The notes below the pieces were generated by a model. That model ran no database searches. It saw only the letters and a list, made by a program, of their open reading frames with translations, and was not told where the DNA came from. This document shows, piece after piece, positions 53,388 to 64,000 of a DNA stretch of 64,000 nucleotides. A program made the translations under genes and the position numbers. The DNA comes from Escherichia coli (lineage in GTDB: Bacteria; Pseudomonadota; Gammaproteobacteria; Enterobacterales; Enterobacteriaceae), in the NCBI RefSeq assembly GCF_001677475.2, contig NZ_CP015229.1. The stretch is one strand, 5' to 3'. Every line of letters begins with the position of its first letter. Positions within the stretch are counted from its first letter, which is position 1.

Positions 53388-54290
53388 TCAAAAACTCTCA
53401 TTTAGGCGGTCAATAAATCGGGAGAACACCAGGTTATTTAAAGAAGATTTATTATAGGAAATGTAAAGCTTTATTGAAGGTAACGGATGCTCTAGTTTTA
53501 TCTCTTTTAAATTAAGAAAGTCACGGTGGGAGTTATAAAGTTCATAGGGAACTATTCCCAGTAAATCTGTAACTGCAATGCTATTAATGATTGTCAGCAA
53601 AGAGGAACCACGAAATGAAATTTTGCGATTCATAAACTTCTCATCTATTTCCATTTGAATATCATCAACCCCTGCTGATTTGGATATTAATTGGGTGAAC
53701 TCTTCTGCCATAATTTGCTCATAAGTGCTATTGTCAGTAATTCGCGGATGCTTATTACTACAAATTAGAGTATTGCGAATTGTATGCAATGGCATGCAAA
53801 TAACGGAACGGCTGATTACTGGCATTTGGGTGATCACCAGATCGGCTTTGCGGTGAACCAACAGTTCTTCAGCATTCTCTGCTGACATGAGGATATCATG
53901 GCACTCAATCTCGACAGAGGCATCTTGTCGTAGGCAGCGGATCAGCATACTATTATTAGAGCAAGAAATGAGCTGAGGGCCGTAGATAATAAAATTTTTC
54001 TTTAGTTCGGACTTATTGACTATATTAATTGTTTGTTCAAGGTCTCTGAGATTTTTCTCAAGATGGTGATGCAGATTTAACCCTGTCGTCGTCGGCGCGA
54101 TACCTTTTCCTGAGCGAATGAATAAAGGGTCATTAAATTGCGCACGTAAGCGTTGTAACGACTGGCTCACGGCTGATGGGGTGATATATAGTGATTCAGC
54201 AGCCTTGCTAATGCTTAAATGCTGATAAATACACTCAAATATGACAAGAAGATTTAAGTCGAACTTTTTCAAGTCGTAGAGATTGGCCAT
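53388..54290 (-). CDS. ybdO: LysR-family transcriptional regulator YbdO
   Basis: 300-aa ORF with N-terminal HTH (ISKAAESLYITPSAVSQSLQRLR). Confidence 0.85.
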   Translation of the reverse strand: MANLYDLKKFDLNLLVIFECIYQHLSISKAAESLYITPSAVSQSLQRLRAQFNDPLFIRSGKGIAPTTTGLNLHHHLEKNLRDLEQTINIVNKSELKKNFIIYGPQLISCSNNSMLIRCLRQDASVEIECHDILMSAENAEELLVHRKADLVITQMPVISRSVICMPLHTIRNTLICSNKHPRITDNSTYEQIMAEEFTQLISKSAGVDDIQMEIDEKFMNRKISFRGSSLLTIINSIAVTDLLGIVPYELYNSHRDFLNLKEIKLEHPLPSIKLYISYNKSSLNNLVFSRFIDRLNESF

Positions 54291-54499
54291 ACACTACTCC
54301 GGTTATATTTTTCTTCCATGGTATATTCACTTAATCAATGTTTTTTTGCGTATATATTTTTATTGATTATATTTTTTTGCTTAACTCAGGATTAAGTTTT
54401 TCTAAAATAGCACAGCCACTTAGGGCAGAGCGAGCAATTCATGCTTTTTTAGGATGGTTGAAAAGCAGGGATGTATTTCAACCATCCATGAATTATCTT

Positions 54500-55246
54500 T
54501 TATTTATTCCCCATAATGATATTAAGCGTTTTCTGATCGGGCAACCCCACGGCCTGTTGCAGCGTATTTTCCTTACTCATGTAATAGATAGCTGGTGTGA
54601 CATTTGCCCCCAGATCGTCCATGAGTTTTTCGTTGTCGCTTAACACTTTCATTTGCTCTGTACTTACGTTTGCAGGCACGTTTAGCTTAAGCTTGCCACC
54701 AGAGGATTCATATTCTTGCCAGGTTTTTGCGGGATCTTTGGAGGCAAGAATTGCCGCTGCTGTAGCCGGGCTTTCTGGCTTGATAACCCCAACCAACAAT
54801 GTTCTTAATTGCACTTTGCCAGAATCTACCCACGGGCGCGCCTGCTGCCAGAACTGTTTACAATATGGGCAGAACGGATCGGCGAAGACGTAGACAATGA
54901 CCGGCGCATCTTTTTTACCGTCGAGGAGCCAGTGGGATTGTTCCATCCGTTGCCACATTTCGCGTCCGGCTGGTGCGTAAATTTCTTTTTCGATAAGTGT
55001 GTTACTCAGGTTTTCACCTTTCTCGTTGTACATGTAACCGGATATGGCGTGCTTACCATCTGGAGTCAGGTAGATGGTGACGCCCATATCCTGATACTTT
55101 CCGAGATAACCTTTCATTCCTCCGGGGGCATCGAACGTTTTGATGATTGTAATGCCCTGTTTTTCAATCGCTTTTACTGGGGCAGGAAGTTCCTCTGCGA
55201 AGGCGATTGCTGGAAGCAGAGCCAGTAAAAGTATCTTTTTTAACAT
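54500..55246 (-). CDS. dsbG: Periplasmic thiol:disulfide oxidoreductase DsbG
   Basis: Start trimmed to [17 protein letters not shown] (cat at 55244..55246); CPYC active site; 248 aa. Confidence 0.95.
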   Translation of the reverse strand: MLKKILLLALLPAIAFAEELPAPVKAIEKQGITIIKTFDAPGGMKGYLGKYQDMGVTIYLTPDGKHAISGYMYNEKGENLSNTLIEKEIYAPAGREMWQRMEQSHWLLDGKKDAPVIVYVFADPFCPYCKQFWQQARPWVDSGKVQLRTLLVGVIKPESPATAAAILASKDPAKTWQEYESSGGKLKLNVPANVSTEQMKVLSDNEKLMDDLGANVTPAIYYMSKENTLQQAVGLPDQKTLNIIMGNK

Positions 55247-55617
55247 TAATTTGTCCTTTTCAGTCAGTGCAAAAGTCGAGTAAAAGGCATAACCTATCAC
55301 TGTCATAGGTAAGAGCTTAGATCAGGTGATTGCCCTTTGTTTATGAGGGTGTTGTAATCCATGTCGTTGTTGCATTTGTAAGGGCAACACCTCAGCCTGC
55401 AGGCAGGCGCTGAAGATACCAAAGGGTAGTTCAGATTACACGGTCACCTGGAAAGGGGGCCATTTTACTTTTTATCGCCGCTGGCGGTGCAAAGTTCACA
55501 AAGTTGTCTTACGAAGGTTGTAAGGTAAAACTTATCGATTTGATAATGGAAACGCATTAGCCGAATCGGCAAAAATTGGTTACCTTACATCTCATCGAAA
55601 ACACGGAGGAAGTATAG

Positions 55618-56181
55618 ATGTCCTTGATTAACACCAAAATTAAACCTTTTAAAAACCAGGCATTCAAAAACGGCGAATTCATCGAAATCACCGAAAAAGA
55701 TACCGAAGGCCGCTGGAGCGTCTTCTTCTTCTACCCGGCTGACTTTACTTTCGTATGCCCGACCGAACTGGGTGACGTTGCTGACCACTACGAAGAACTG
55801 CAGAAACTGGGCGTAGACGTATACGCAGTATCTACCGATACTCACTTCACCCACAAAGCATGGCACAGCAGCTCTGAAACCATCGCTAAAATCAAATATG
55901 CGATGATCGGCGACCCGACTGGCGCCCTGACCCGTAACTTCGACAACATGCGTGAAGATGAAGGTCTGGCTGACCGTGCGACCTTCGTTGTTGACCCGCA
56001 GGGTATCATCCAGGCAATCGAAGTTACCGCTGAAGGCATTGGCCGTGACGCGTCTGACCTGCTGCGTAAAATCAAAGCAGCACAGTACGTAGCTTCTCAC
56101 CCAGGTGAAGTTTGCCCGGCTAAATGGAAAGAAGGTGAAGCAACTCTGGCTCCGTCTCTGGACCTGGTTGGTAAAATCTAA
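55618..56181 (+). CDS. ahpC: Alkyl hydroperoxide reductase peroxiredoxin subunit AhpC
   Basis: 187-aa [26 protein letters not shown]...; peroxidatic Cys motif FTFVCPTE. Confidence 0.97.
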   Translation: MSLINTKIKPFKNQAFKNGEFIEITEKDTEGRWSVFFFYPADFTFVCPTELGDVADHYEELQKLGVDVYAVSTDTHFTHKAWHSSSETIAKIKYAMIGDPTGALTRNFDNMREDEGLADRATFVVDPQGIIQAIEVTAEGIGRDASDLLRKIKAAQYVASHPGEVCPAKWKEGEATLAPSLDLVGKI

Positions 56182-56425
56182 ATTTCCTTCGTCTTTCACG
56201 CCATAGCGGCGTTGGCGTCGCCCGCTCACCCCGGTCACTTACTTGTGTAAGCTTCCGGGGATTCACAGGCTAGCCGCCTTGCTCTGGCGTGAAATACTTC
56301 GGAAATTCACCTAATTCTTCGGGTGCTGCGGCACCCGATTTTCTTCCCCGCATCATGATGCAAGCTGCATCCAGGTAGCCGCAGAGGCCGCTTGCATGAT
56401 GATGTTTAAAGCCCAGGAGATAAAC

Positions 56426-57991
56426 ATGCTCGACACAAATATGAAAACTCAACTCAAGGCTTACCTTGAGAAATTGACCAAGCCTGTTGAGTTAATTGCC
56501 ACGCTGGATGACAGCGCTAAATCGGCAGAAATCAAGGAACTGTTGGCTGAAATCGCAGAACTGTCAGACAAAGTCACCTTTAAAGAAGATAACAGCTTGC
56601 CGGTGCGTAAGCCGTCTTTCCTGATCACCAACCCAGGTTCCAACCAGGGGCCACGTTTTGCAGGCTCCCCGCTGGGCCACGAGTTCACCTCGCTAGTACT
56701 GGCGTTGCTGTGGACCGGTGGTCATCCGTCGAAAGAAGCGCAGTCTCTGCTGGAGCAGATTCGCCATATTGACGGTGATTTTGAATTCGAAACCTATTAC
56801 TCGCTCTCTTGCCACAACTGCCCGGACGTGGTGCAGGCGCTGAACCTGATGAGCGTACTGAACCCGCGCATCAAGCACACTGCAATTGACGGCGGCACCT
56901 TCCAGAACGAAATCACTGATCGCAACGTGATGGGCGTTCCGGCAGTGTTCGTAAACGGGAAAGAGTTTGGTCAGGGCCGCATGACGTTGACTGAAATCGT
57001 TGCCAAAATTGATACTGGCGCGGAAAAACGTGCGGCAGAAGAGCTGAACAAGCGTGATGCTTATGACGTATTAATCGTTGGTTCCGGCCCGGCGGGTGCA
57101 GCGGCAGCGATTTACTCCGCACGTAAAGGCATCCGTACCGGCCTGATGGGCGAACGTTTCGGTGGTCAGATCCTCGATACCGTTGATATCGAAAACTACA
57201 TTTCTGTACCGAAGACCGAAGGGCAGAAACTGGCAGGTGCGCTGAAAGTTCACGTTGATGAATACGACGTTGATGTGATCGACAGCCAGAGCGCCAGCAA
57301 ACTGATCCCGGCAGCGGTTGAAGGTGGTCTGCATCAGATTGAAACAGCTTCTGGCGCGGTACTGAAAGCACGCAGCATTGTCGTGGCGACCGGTGCAAAA
57401 TGGCGCAACATGAACGTTCCGGGCGAAGATCAGTATCGCACCAAAGGCGTGACCTACTGCCCGCACTGCGACGGCCCGCTGTTTAAAGGCAAACGCGTAG
57501 CGGTTATCGGCGGCGGTAACTCCGGCGTGGAAGCAGCAATCGACCTGGCGGGTATCGTTGAGCACGTAACTCTGCTGGAATTTGCGCCAGAAATGAAAGC
57601 CGACCAGGTTCTGCAGGACAAACTGCGCAGCCTGAAAAACGTCGACATTATTCTGAATGCGCAAACCACGGAAGTGAAAGGCGACGGCAGCAAAGTCGTT
57701 GGTCTGGAATATCGAGATCGTGTCAGCGGCGATATTCACAACATCGAACTGGCCGGTATTTTCGTCCAGATTGGTCTGCTGCCGAACACCAACTGGCTGG
57801 AAGGCGCAGTCGAACGTAACCGCATGGGCGAGATTATCATTGATGCGAAATGCGAAACCAACGTCAAAGGCGTGTTCGCAGCGGGTGACTGTACAACGGT
57901 TCCGTACAAGCAGATCATCATCGCCACTGGCGAAGGTGCCAAAGCCTCTCTGAGTGCTTTTGACTACCTGATTCGCACCAAAACAGCATAA
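56426..57991 (+). CDS. ahpF: Alkyl hydroperoxide reductase flavoprotein subunit AhpF
   Basis: ATG at 56426 ([17 protein letters not shown]); 521 aa; CHNC and CPHC redox motifs. Confidence 0.97.
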   Translation: MLDTNMKTQLKAYLEKLTKPVELIATLDDSAKSAEIKELLAEIAELSDKVTFKEDNSLPVRKPSFLITNPGSNQGPRFAGSPLGHEFTSLVLALLWTGGHPSKEAQSLLEQIRHIDGDFEFETYYSLSCHNCPDVVQALNLMSVLNPRIKHTAIDGGTFQNEITDRNVMGVPAVFVNGKEFGQGRMTLTEIVAKIDTGAEKRAAEELNKRDAYDVLIVGSGPAGAAAAIYSARKGIRTGLMGERFGGQILDTVDIENYISVPKTEGQKLAGALKVHVDEYDVDVIDSQSASKLIPAAVEGGLHQIETASGAVLKARSIVVATGAKWRNMNVPGEDQYRTKGVTYCPHCDGPLFKGKRVAVIGGGNSGVEAAIDLAGIVEHVTLLEFAPEMKADQVLQDKLRSLKNVDIILNAQTTEVKGDGSKVVGLEYRDRVSGDIHNIELAGIFVQIGLLPNTNWLEGAVERNRMGEIIIDAKCETNVKGVFAAGDCTTVPYKQIIIATGEGAKASLSAFDYLIRTKTA

Positions 57992-58020
57992 GAAGAAGTA
58001 AGATTCACCTGCAATTGCTT

Positions 58021-58052
58021 AGCCGCCGGGGTCAAACCTGGCGGCTTTTTTA
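58021..58052 (+). terminator. Rho-independent terminator after ahpF
   Basis: Stem agccgcc / ggcggct followed by tttttt; a second GC-rich hairpin follows that may terminate convergent uspG. Confidence 0.55.
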
Positions 58053-58112
58053 TTGCAATAAAAAGCCCCGCCGGGATGGCTCCGGGCAGGGCGGGATAAA
58101 TACTTTTATCTA

Positions 58113-58541
58113 TTAGCGAACGACCAGCACCGGCAGATTGGCGTGGCGGATAACGCTGGAGGCGTTAGAACCTAACAGATGGGTCGAAATCGATGGGTTG
58201 CGCGAACCGATAACGACAACATCAGCCCCCAGTTCTTCTGCCAACTCATTGACTTCATCCCGCACGCTACCAAAACGGACATGTTGTTTAATGCGGGAAG
58301 GATCGATGGTGAAGTGGCTGACCATCGTTTGCAGACGTTCTTCTGCTTCATGTTGCAGATGCTCTTCAAAACGACGCACATCAGCGGCAAAACGGTGCAG
58401 GCTCAGGCTGGCTGACCCCGGTAGTACGTGAAGTAGATGAATAACTCCGTCATCCTGGGCGAGGAATTCAGCGTGGCGAACAGCTTTGTCGCTCAATTCC
58501 ATTTCGAAAACATCCACTGGCATGATGATTGTTTTGTACAT
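58113..58541 (-). CDS. uspG: Universal stress protein G
   Basis: Start trimmed to [21 protein letters not shown] (cat at 58539..58541); 142 aa. Confidence 0.9.
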   Translation of the reverse strand: MYKTIIMPVDVFEMELSDKAVRHAEFLAQDDGVIHLLHVLPGSASLSLHRFAADVRRFEEHLQHEAEERLQTMVSHFTIDPSRIKQHVRFGSVRDEVNELAEELGADVVVIGSRNPSISTHLLGSNASSVIRHANLPVLVVR

Positions 58542-58896
58542 AAGCATTCTCTCCTTGTTTTTGCATGTATACATAACAGCACATTATTGGTTATGAATCT
58601 ATAATTTGCGAGGCTGATTTGATCTGAATTTGCTATTGAGCTGGAAAATAAATAAAACCAGGCGCTACCAGCGTTGTTCAAGGTATAGCACTGCAGCAAC
58701 AATAATTGCTGCTATGAATATATAAAATGCAGTGATACCGAGAGCTTCGCTCATATGAGGTTCCGCAGATGAATAACCAGTTCAGATTAGAATGCTGCGC
58801 TTAAGAGCAAAATGATAAATCTGGTTGATATTTGAGCGGAAAGAGGATGCGAGTGCATCCTCTGGGCAAAGCGAGTTATCGCTTGTGCAGATGGGA

Positions 58897-59307
58897 TTAA
58901 AGCAGGTAGTCGCCAGCAGCTTCTGGCTGGTATTCGAGTTCCAGCACTTCAAGGTGGGTTGCAACGCCGCCCGGAAGTTCCCAGTGAATGGAATCGCCAA
59001 CGCGCAGTCCCAGCAGTGCGGCACCTACCGGAGCCATAACGGAAAGCTGAGTATTGCTATCGGTCATTTTTGCCGGATACACCAGCGTGCGCACACGCAC
59101 TTCGCCATCGCTAAGATTGCGGAATTTAACCCGGCTGTTCATTGTCACCACGTCGTGTGGCATCTGTTCTGGCGAACACATTTGGGCGCGATCCAACTCT
59201 GCGTTTAACGCGTCGGCGATTGGCAAACCAGCATAGGCGGGTTGCTCCAGCAGAATATCGATGCGTTCGGCATCCAGGTCGTTAATGATGATAGTTGGTC
59301 TGGACAT
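58897..59307 (-). CDS. rnk: Regulator of nucleoside diphosphate kinase (GreA/GreB-like) Rnk
   Basis: Start trimmed to [22 protein letters not shown] (cat at 59305..59307); 136 aa. Confidence 0.9.
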   Translation of the reverse strand: MSRPTIIINDLDAERIDILLEQPAYAGLPIADALNAELDRAQMCSPEQMPHDVVTMNSRVKFRNLSDGEVRVRTLVYPAKMTDSNTQLSVMAPVGAALLGLRVGDSIHWELPGGVATHLEVLELEYQPEAAGDYLL

Positions 59308-59535
59308 TTTTACTCCATGTCGTCGGTACTGCGAGTGTCGCAGTAAACATACCCAAAAGAAAACCCTCACCGTCAGGCGGCGAGGGTTTAACTCACATGA
59401 TGATACTGACTGTTGCTCACTCTTTGAAGTGATTTGCGTCACATTCAGGGAATTCCTCAATGCAGCGCATTATGTATAATTCTTAATCGTCACGGTTTAT
59501 GGAAGACGAATTAGCGTGTTTTGTAAATCAGATGA

Positions 59536-60342
59536 TTAATAACCCACTTTATCAATCAGAAAGGTTTTGCCACAGTTGCCTGGGTGTGGTTGTGGCAAGA
59601 ATGAGTTTGCAGAAAGCGGAGCGTTGATGGCGTCAGCTTTGATCGAGATCTGAATTTCAGTCAAATACGCAGGGTTACCCTGGCACGTTAGCTTAACTGC
59701 TTTCACGTTCTCTTTTCCCCAGCTTTTGGCAAAGGCGGCATCAAAGTCACGGCGGCTCACTGTTTTACCGTAGTTATCCGCTAGGAATTTTCCGGCTTCG
59801 CTCTCTTTAATTTCTTGATTCAGGCGTACCATCGTGCCGAAGTATGCGTCTGGATCAAAACCAAAGCAGGCACCGTGTTTGGCATATTCGTAGCGTTCCA
59901 GGCAGGAACGTCCGCCAGCTCCTGGCATGACTTCACTTAGTTTAGCGGCCGTTTCCAGTGATAACCCGGTTTCCGGCGATGAACACATTCGGCTGGCGCG
60001 CGCTTCTGGTAGATTCGGGATTGGGCGAGTAGCGCAACCGAAGCGCATCCAGCGGCGTTCATCAACACCACGAGCAGCAACCGATTTAGGCAATCCTGGC
60101 CACAGACCATGTACGGTCAGAAAATCAGCTTTGTTGGTCGTTTCGGTTTGCAGGCGACATTCATCTCGTTCGTTACGATTTCGATCGTGTTGACTCTGGC
60201 AAAATCCGGTTTGCCAGGAGAGGGCCAGGACATAGCGATCAAAATCGCCATACTGTTTTGCCTGCAACGCCACGGCGTTGGCAGAAGAGAAGGGAAGCAG
60301 AGAAACCGCGAGCAACGCGGCGTTACGCCAGAATGCTTTCAT
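59536..60342 (-). CDS. rna: Periplasmic ribonuclease I (RNase T2 family)
   Basis: Start trimmed to MKAFWRNAALLAVSLLPFSSANA (cat at 60340..60342); 268 aa. Confidence 0.9.
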   Translation of the reverse strand: MKAFWRNAALLAVSLLPFSSANAVALQAKQYGDFDRYVLALSWQTGFCQSQHDRNRNERDECRLQTETTNKADFLTVHGLWPGLPKSVAARGVDERRWMRFGCATRPIPNLPEARASRMCSSPETGLSLETAAKLSEVMPGAGGRSCLERYEYAKHGACFGFDPDAYFGTMVRLNQEIKESEAGKFLADNYGKTVSRRDFDAAFAKSWGKENVKAVKLTCQGNPAYLTEIQISIKADAINAPLSANSFLPQPHPGNCGKTFLIDKVGY

Positions 60343-60390
60343 AATGGGTGTGGAACTCATACATACACTGAATACTATCTATTAAATCAT

Positions 60391-60424
60391 AAAAAAGCCC
60401 GCCAGGTGGGCTTACCTGGCGGGC
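60391..60424 (-). terminator. Rho-independent terminator after citT
   Basis: Perfect 11-bp stem gcccgccaggt / acctggcgggc with 6-nt loop; on the minus strand it is followed by a U-tract (aaaaaa on + strand at 60391..60396). Confidence 0.65.
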
Positions 60425-60455
60425 GTGATGATTTATTCAGCGTTTGGCGAACGTA

Positions 60456-61919
60456 TTAGTTCCACATGGCGAGAATCGGCCAGCCAACCAACAGCAACAT
60501 AGAGATGTAAATCACCCCGAAGATTGCGCCAAGTCGCCAGTAATCTTTTGATTTCACATAGCCACAGCCGTAAATAATCACCCCAGGACCGGTTGCATAC
60601 GGCGTCAGACAGCCCATGATACCGATAGACAGCACCAGCAGGATACACAGTTGTTCCATTGGTACGCCCGGAATACCTTTACCGACGGCCAGAATAACCG
60701 GCAGCATGGTTGCAGTGTGCGCAGACAGGCTGGCAAACAGGTAGTGTGCAAAGTAGAACACCAGAACCAGTACAATCACCGTTGCGTTTGGTGAGAATCC
60801 TTCCAGGTGCGTACTCATGGTACCGGCGAACCAGTCAATAAAACCAGAACGAGTCAGGCCGTTAGCCATCACAACCAGAGTTGCCAGGTTGACCAGCGTG
60901 TTCCATGCGCTGTTATAGCGGGTAATGTCTTTCCACGGCACAACGTGCAGGGCCAGCATTAGCGAAACTGCCAGCAGACCAACCGCAGTAGCATTAATGA
61001 CTTCACTGCCAAATACCCACAAACCTAAGCTGAGCAATACAAGGCCAATCAGCGTCCACTCTCTGCGTGTCAGCGCACCCATGGTTTTTAGTTCATCACC
61101 CGCCCAGGTTGCCACTTCTTCACTGTGTGTGATTTCCGGTTTGTACAACACGTAGGAAAGCCACGGCGCAATGATAAGCAAGATAACCCCAACCGGCAGG
61201 AAGCAGAGGAACCACTGCAACCAGCTAATCTGGATACCGGCAATTTTGCTGACGAACTCCAGACCCAGCACGTTTGGTGCCGCACCGGTGACAAACATGG
61301 ACGAACTCAGACTGGTACTAATGACCATCATCCACATCAAATAGCCGCCAATACGACGCGCGGACGGATCGTTCGGGAATGATTTAAACAACGGCGGCAG
61401 GTTTTTAATGACCGGAAAAACCGTACCCCCGGTACGCGCGGTGTTGGACGGTGTAAACGGTGCCAGCAGAATGTCGATAATGACAATCGCATAACCCAAC
61501 GTCAGCGTGCGTTTGCCCATGAATTTCACCAGGAAAAGGGCAATGCGACGACCTAACCCGGAAACTTCATACCCTAATGCAAAAATAAATGCGCCAAATA
61601 CCAGCCATACCGTGGTGCTGGAAAAACCAGCCAGACCCCATTTCAGCGCCTGTTTTTGCGCATTAAACGCTGGGTCAGCTAATTCTTTGGCATCAAAGAG
61701 CAGGTAATTACTGCCAATAACGCAAATAGTAACCGCAATAAAACTGATCGCTGTTGCCGGAATTGGCTCGAGGATCATGCCGACAATCATTGCCACAAAC
61801 ACAGCGAAGTAATGCCATGCCTGCGGCGGCATACCGTCGGGGACAGGGATAAGAAACATGACACCCATCACCACCAGTGGGGCCAATAGTTTCCATATAT
61901 TATCTTTTGCTAAAGACAT
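60456..61919 (-). CDS. citT: Citrate:succinate antiporter CitT
   Basis: 487-aa polytopic membrane ORF. Confidence 0.9.
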   Translation of the reverse strand: MSLAKDNIWKLLAPLVVMGVMFLIPVPDGMPPQAWHYFAVFVAMIVGMILEPIPATAISFIAVTICVIGSNYLLFDAKELADPAFNAQKQALKWGLAGFSSTTVWLVFGAFIFALGYEVSGLGRRIALFLVKFMGKRTLTLGYAIVIIDILLAPFTPSNTARTGGTVFPVIKNLPPLFKSFPNDPSARRIGGYLMWMMVISTSLSSSMFVTGAAPNVLGLEFVSKIAGIQISWLQWFLCFLPVGVILLIIAPWLSYVLYKPEITHSEEVATWAGDELKTMGALTRREWTLIGLVLLSLGLWVFGSEVINATAVGLLAVSLMLALHVVPWKDITRYNSAWNTLVNLATLVVMANGLTRSGFIDWFAGTMSTHLEGFSPNATVIVLVLVFYFAHYLFASLSAHTATMLPVILAVGKGIPGVPMEQLCILLVLSIGIMGCLTPYATGPGVIIYGCGYVKSKDYWRLGAIFGVIYISMLLLVGWPILAMWN

Positions 61920-61969
61920 ACGAGTTCTCCGAAAATTAATATTTCCAAATTTATCAAGTGCTTAAATAA

Positions 61970-63374
<1,405 letters not shown>

Positions 63375-63377
63375 GGC

Positions 63378-64000
63378 TTATTCCTTCACCTGATGCACAA
63401 CATCGATCACCGAGCCATCGCGGTAACGCACAACGGCAACGACGCGGTCGGTGAATTCAATCGGCTGTGGTTCACCGGTCAGCAGACGCGCACGTTCGCG
63501 CAGCCACTCAATAGAAACCACTTTGATACCTGCTTCCTGCAGACGTTCTGCCAGCTCCGGACGTGCCGGGTTAACAGCGATACCGTGGTCGGTAACCAGG
63601 ATATCGACGCTGGAACCCGGGGTGATGCAGGTCAGCACGTTATCCACCAGAGTCGGAATACGACCGCGTACCAGCGGTGCGACGATGATGGAAAGGGCGG
63701 ATGCAATCGCGGTATCGCAGTGACCGCCGGAAGCGCCACGCAGTACGCCGTCAGAGCCAGTCAGCACGTTGACGTTGAACTGGGTGTCAATTTCCAGCGC
63801 GCTCAGTACCACCACGTCGAGACGATCAACCGATGCACCTTTCGAACCCCAGTTGGCGTACTGGTTGGCGCTGATTTCGATATGATTCGGGTTACGAGCC
63901 AGCGATTGCGCAGCGTGGCTGTCAAAGCTCTGCACATCCAGCAGTTTGCGGATCAGACCTTTTTCGTGCAGGTCAACCATCGTCGCGGTAATACCGCCAA
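63378..64000 (-). CDS. citF: Citrate lyase alpha subunit, C-terminal portion (gene continues beyond window end)
   Basis: Frame remains open to the window edge; C-terminus ...SVIDVVHQVKE; position upstream of citX. Confidence 0.85.
   Translation of the reverse strand, partial: GGITATMVDLHEKGLIRKLLDVQSFDSHAAQSLARNPNHIEISANQYANWGSKGASVDRLDVVVLSALEIDTQFNVNVLTGSDGVLRGASGGHCDTAIASALSIIVAPLVRGRIPTLVDNVLTCITPGSSVDILVTDHGIAVNPARPELAERLQEAGIKVVSIEWLRERARLLTGEPQPIEFTDRVVAVVRYRDGSVIDVVHQVKE

Noticed and set aside
54452-54488. Hairpin ggatggttgaaa...tttcaaccatcc downstream of dsbG as a terminator
   Set aside because: The T-tract lies on the wrong side for the minus-strand dsbG transcript; may still be structural, but a terminator call is not supported
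58665-58755. Short minus-strand ORF in the uspG-rnk spacer, considered as a possible small hydrophobic protein
   Set aside because: On careful retranslation it encodes a 25-aa Cys/Ser-rich peptide (MSEALRYHCILYIHSSNYCCCSAIP) with no obvious RBS and no resemblance to known small membrane proteins

Overview
The window matches the gene content and order of the Escherichia coli chromosome (K-12-like argU-to-cit region), recognised from the translated ORFs by recall, not by any database search. In order it holds: the 3' end of the sfm fimbrial operon (sfmD partial, sfmH, sfmF), fimZ, tRNA-Arg argU, envY, ybcH, nfrA-nfrB, the cusRS / cusCFBA copper-silver efflux locus, pheP, ybdG, nfsB, ybdF, ybdJ, ybdK, a tandemly duplicated hok/mok/sok-type toxin locus, the complete enterobactin cluster (entD, fepA, fes, ybdZ, entF, fepE, fepCGD, entS, fepB, entCEBAH), cstA-ybdD, ybdH, ybdL, ybdM-ybdN-ybdO, dsbG, ahpCF, uspG, rnk, rna and citT-citG-citX-citF (partial). 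Nearly all of the window is explained by well-known core genes. I saw no CRISPR array, integrase or IS element, and I did not find a convincing wholly undescribed system. The items most worth a second look are: (1) the tandem hok duplication, with a 1-nt indel between copies that changes the frame of the upstream ATG; (2) the unoccupied argU attachment site, with envY 45 bp downstream and no DLP12-like prophage, appY or ompT; (3) the poorly characterised ybdN-ybdM pair (PP-loop ATPase plus ParB-like protein, resembling DndC/DndB and IbrA/IbrB); (4) the apparent absence of ybdR between uspG and rnk. Where the ORF track gave an N-terminally extended ORF, I trimmed the start to the recalled protein N-terminus and checked the start codon in the sequence.
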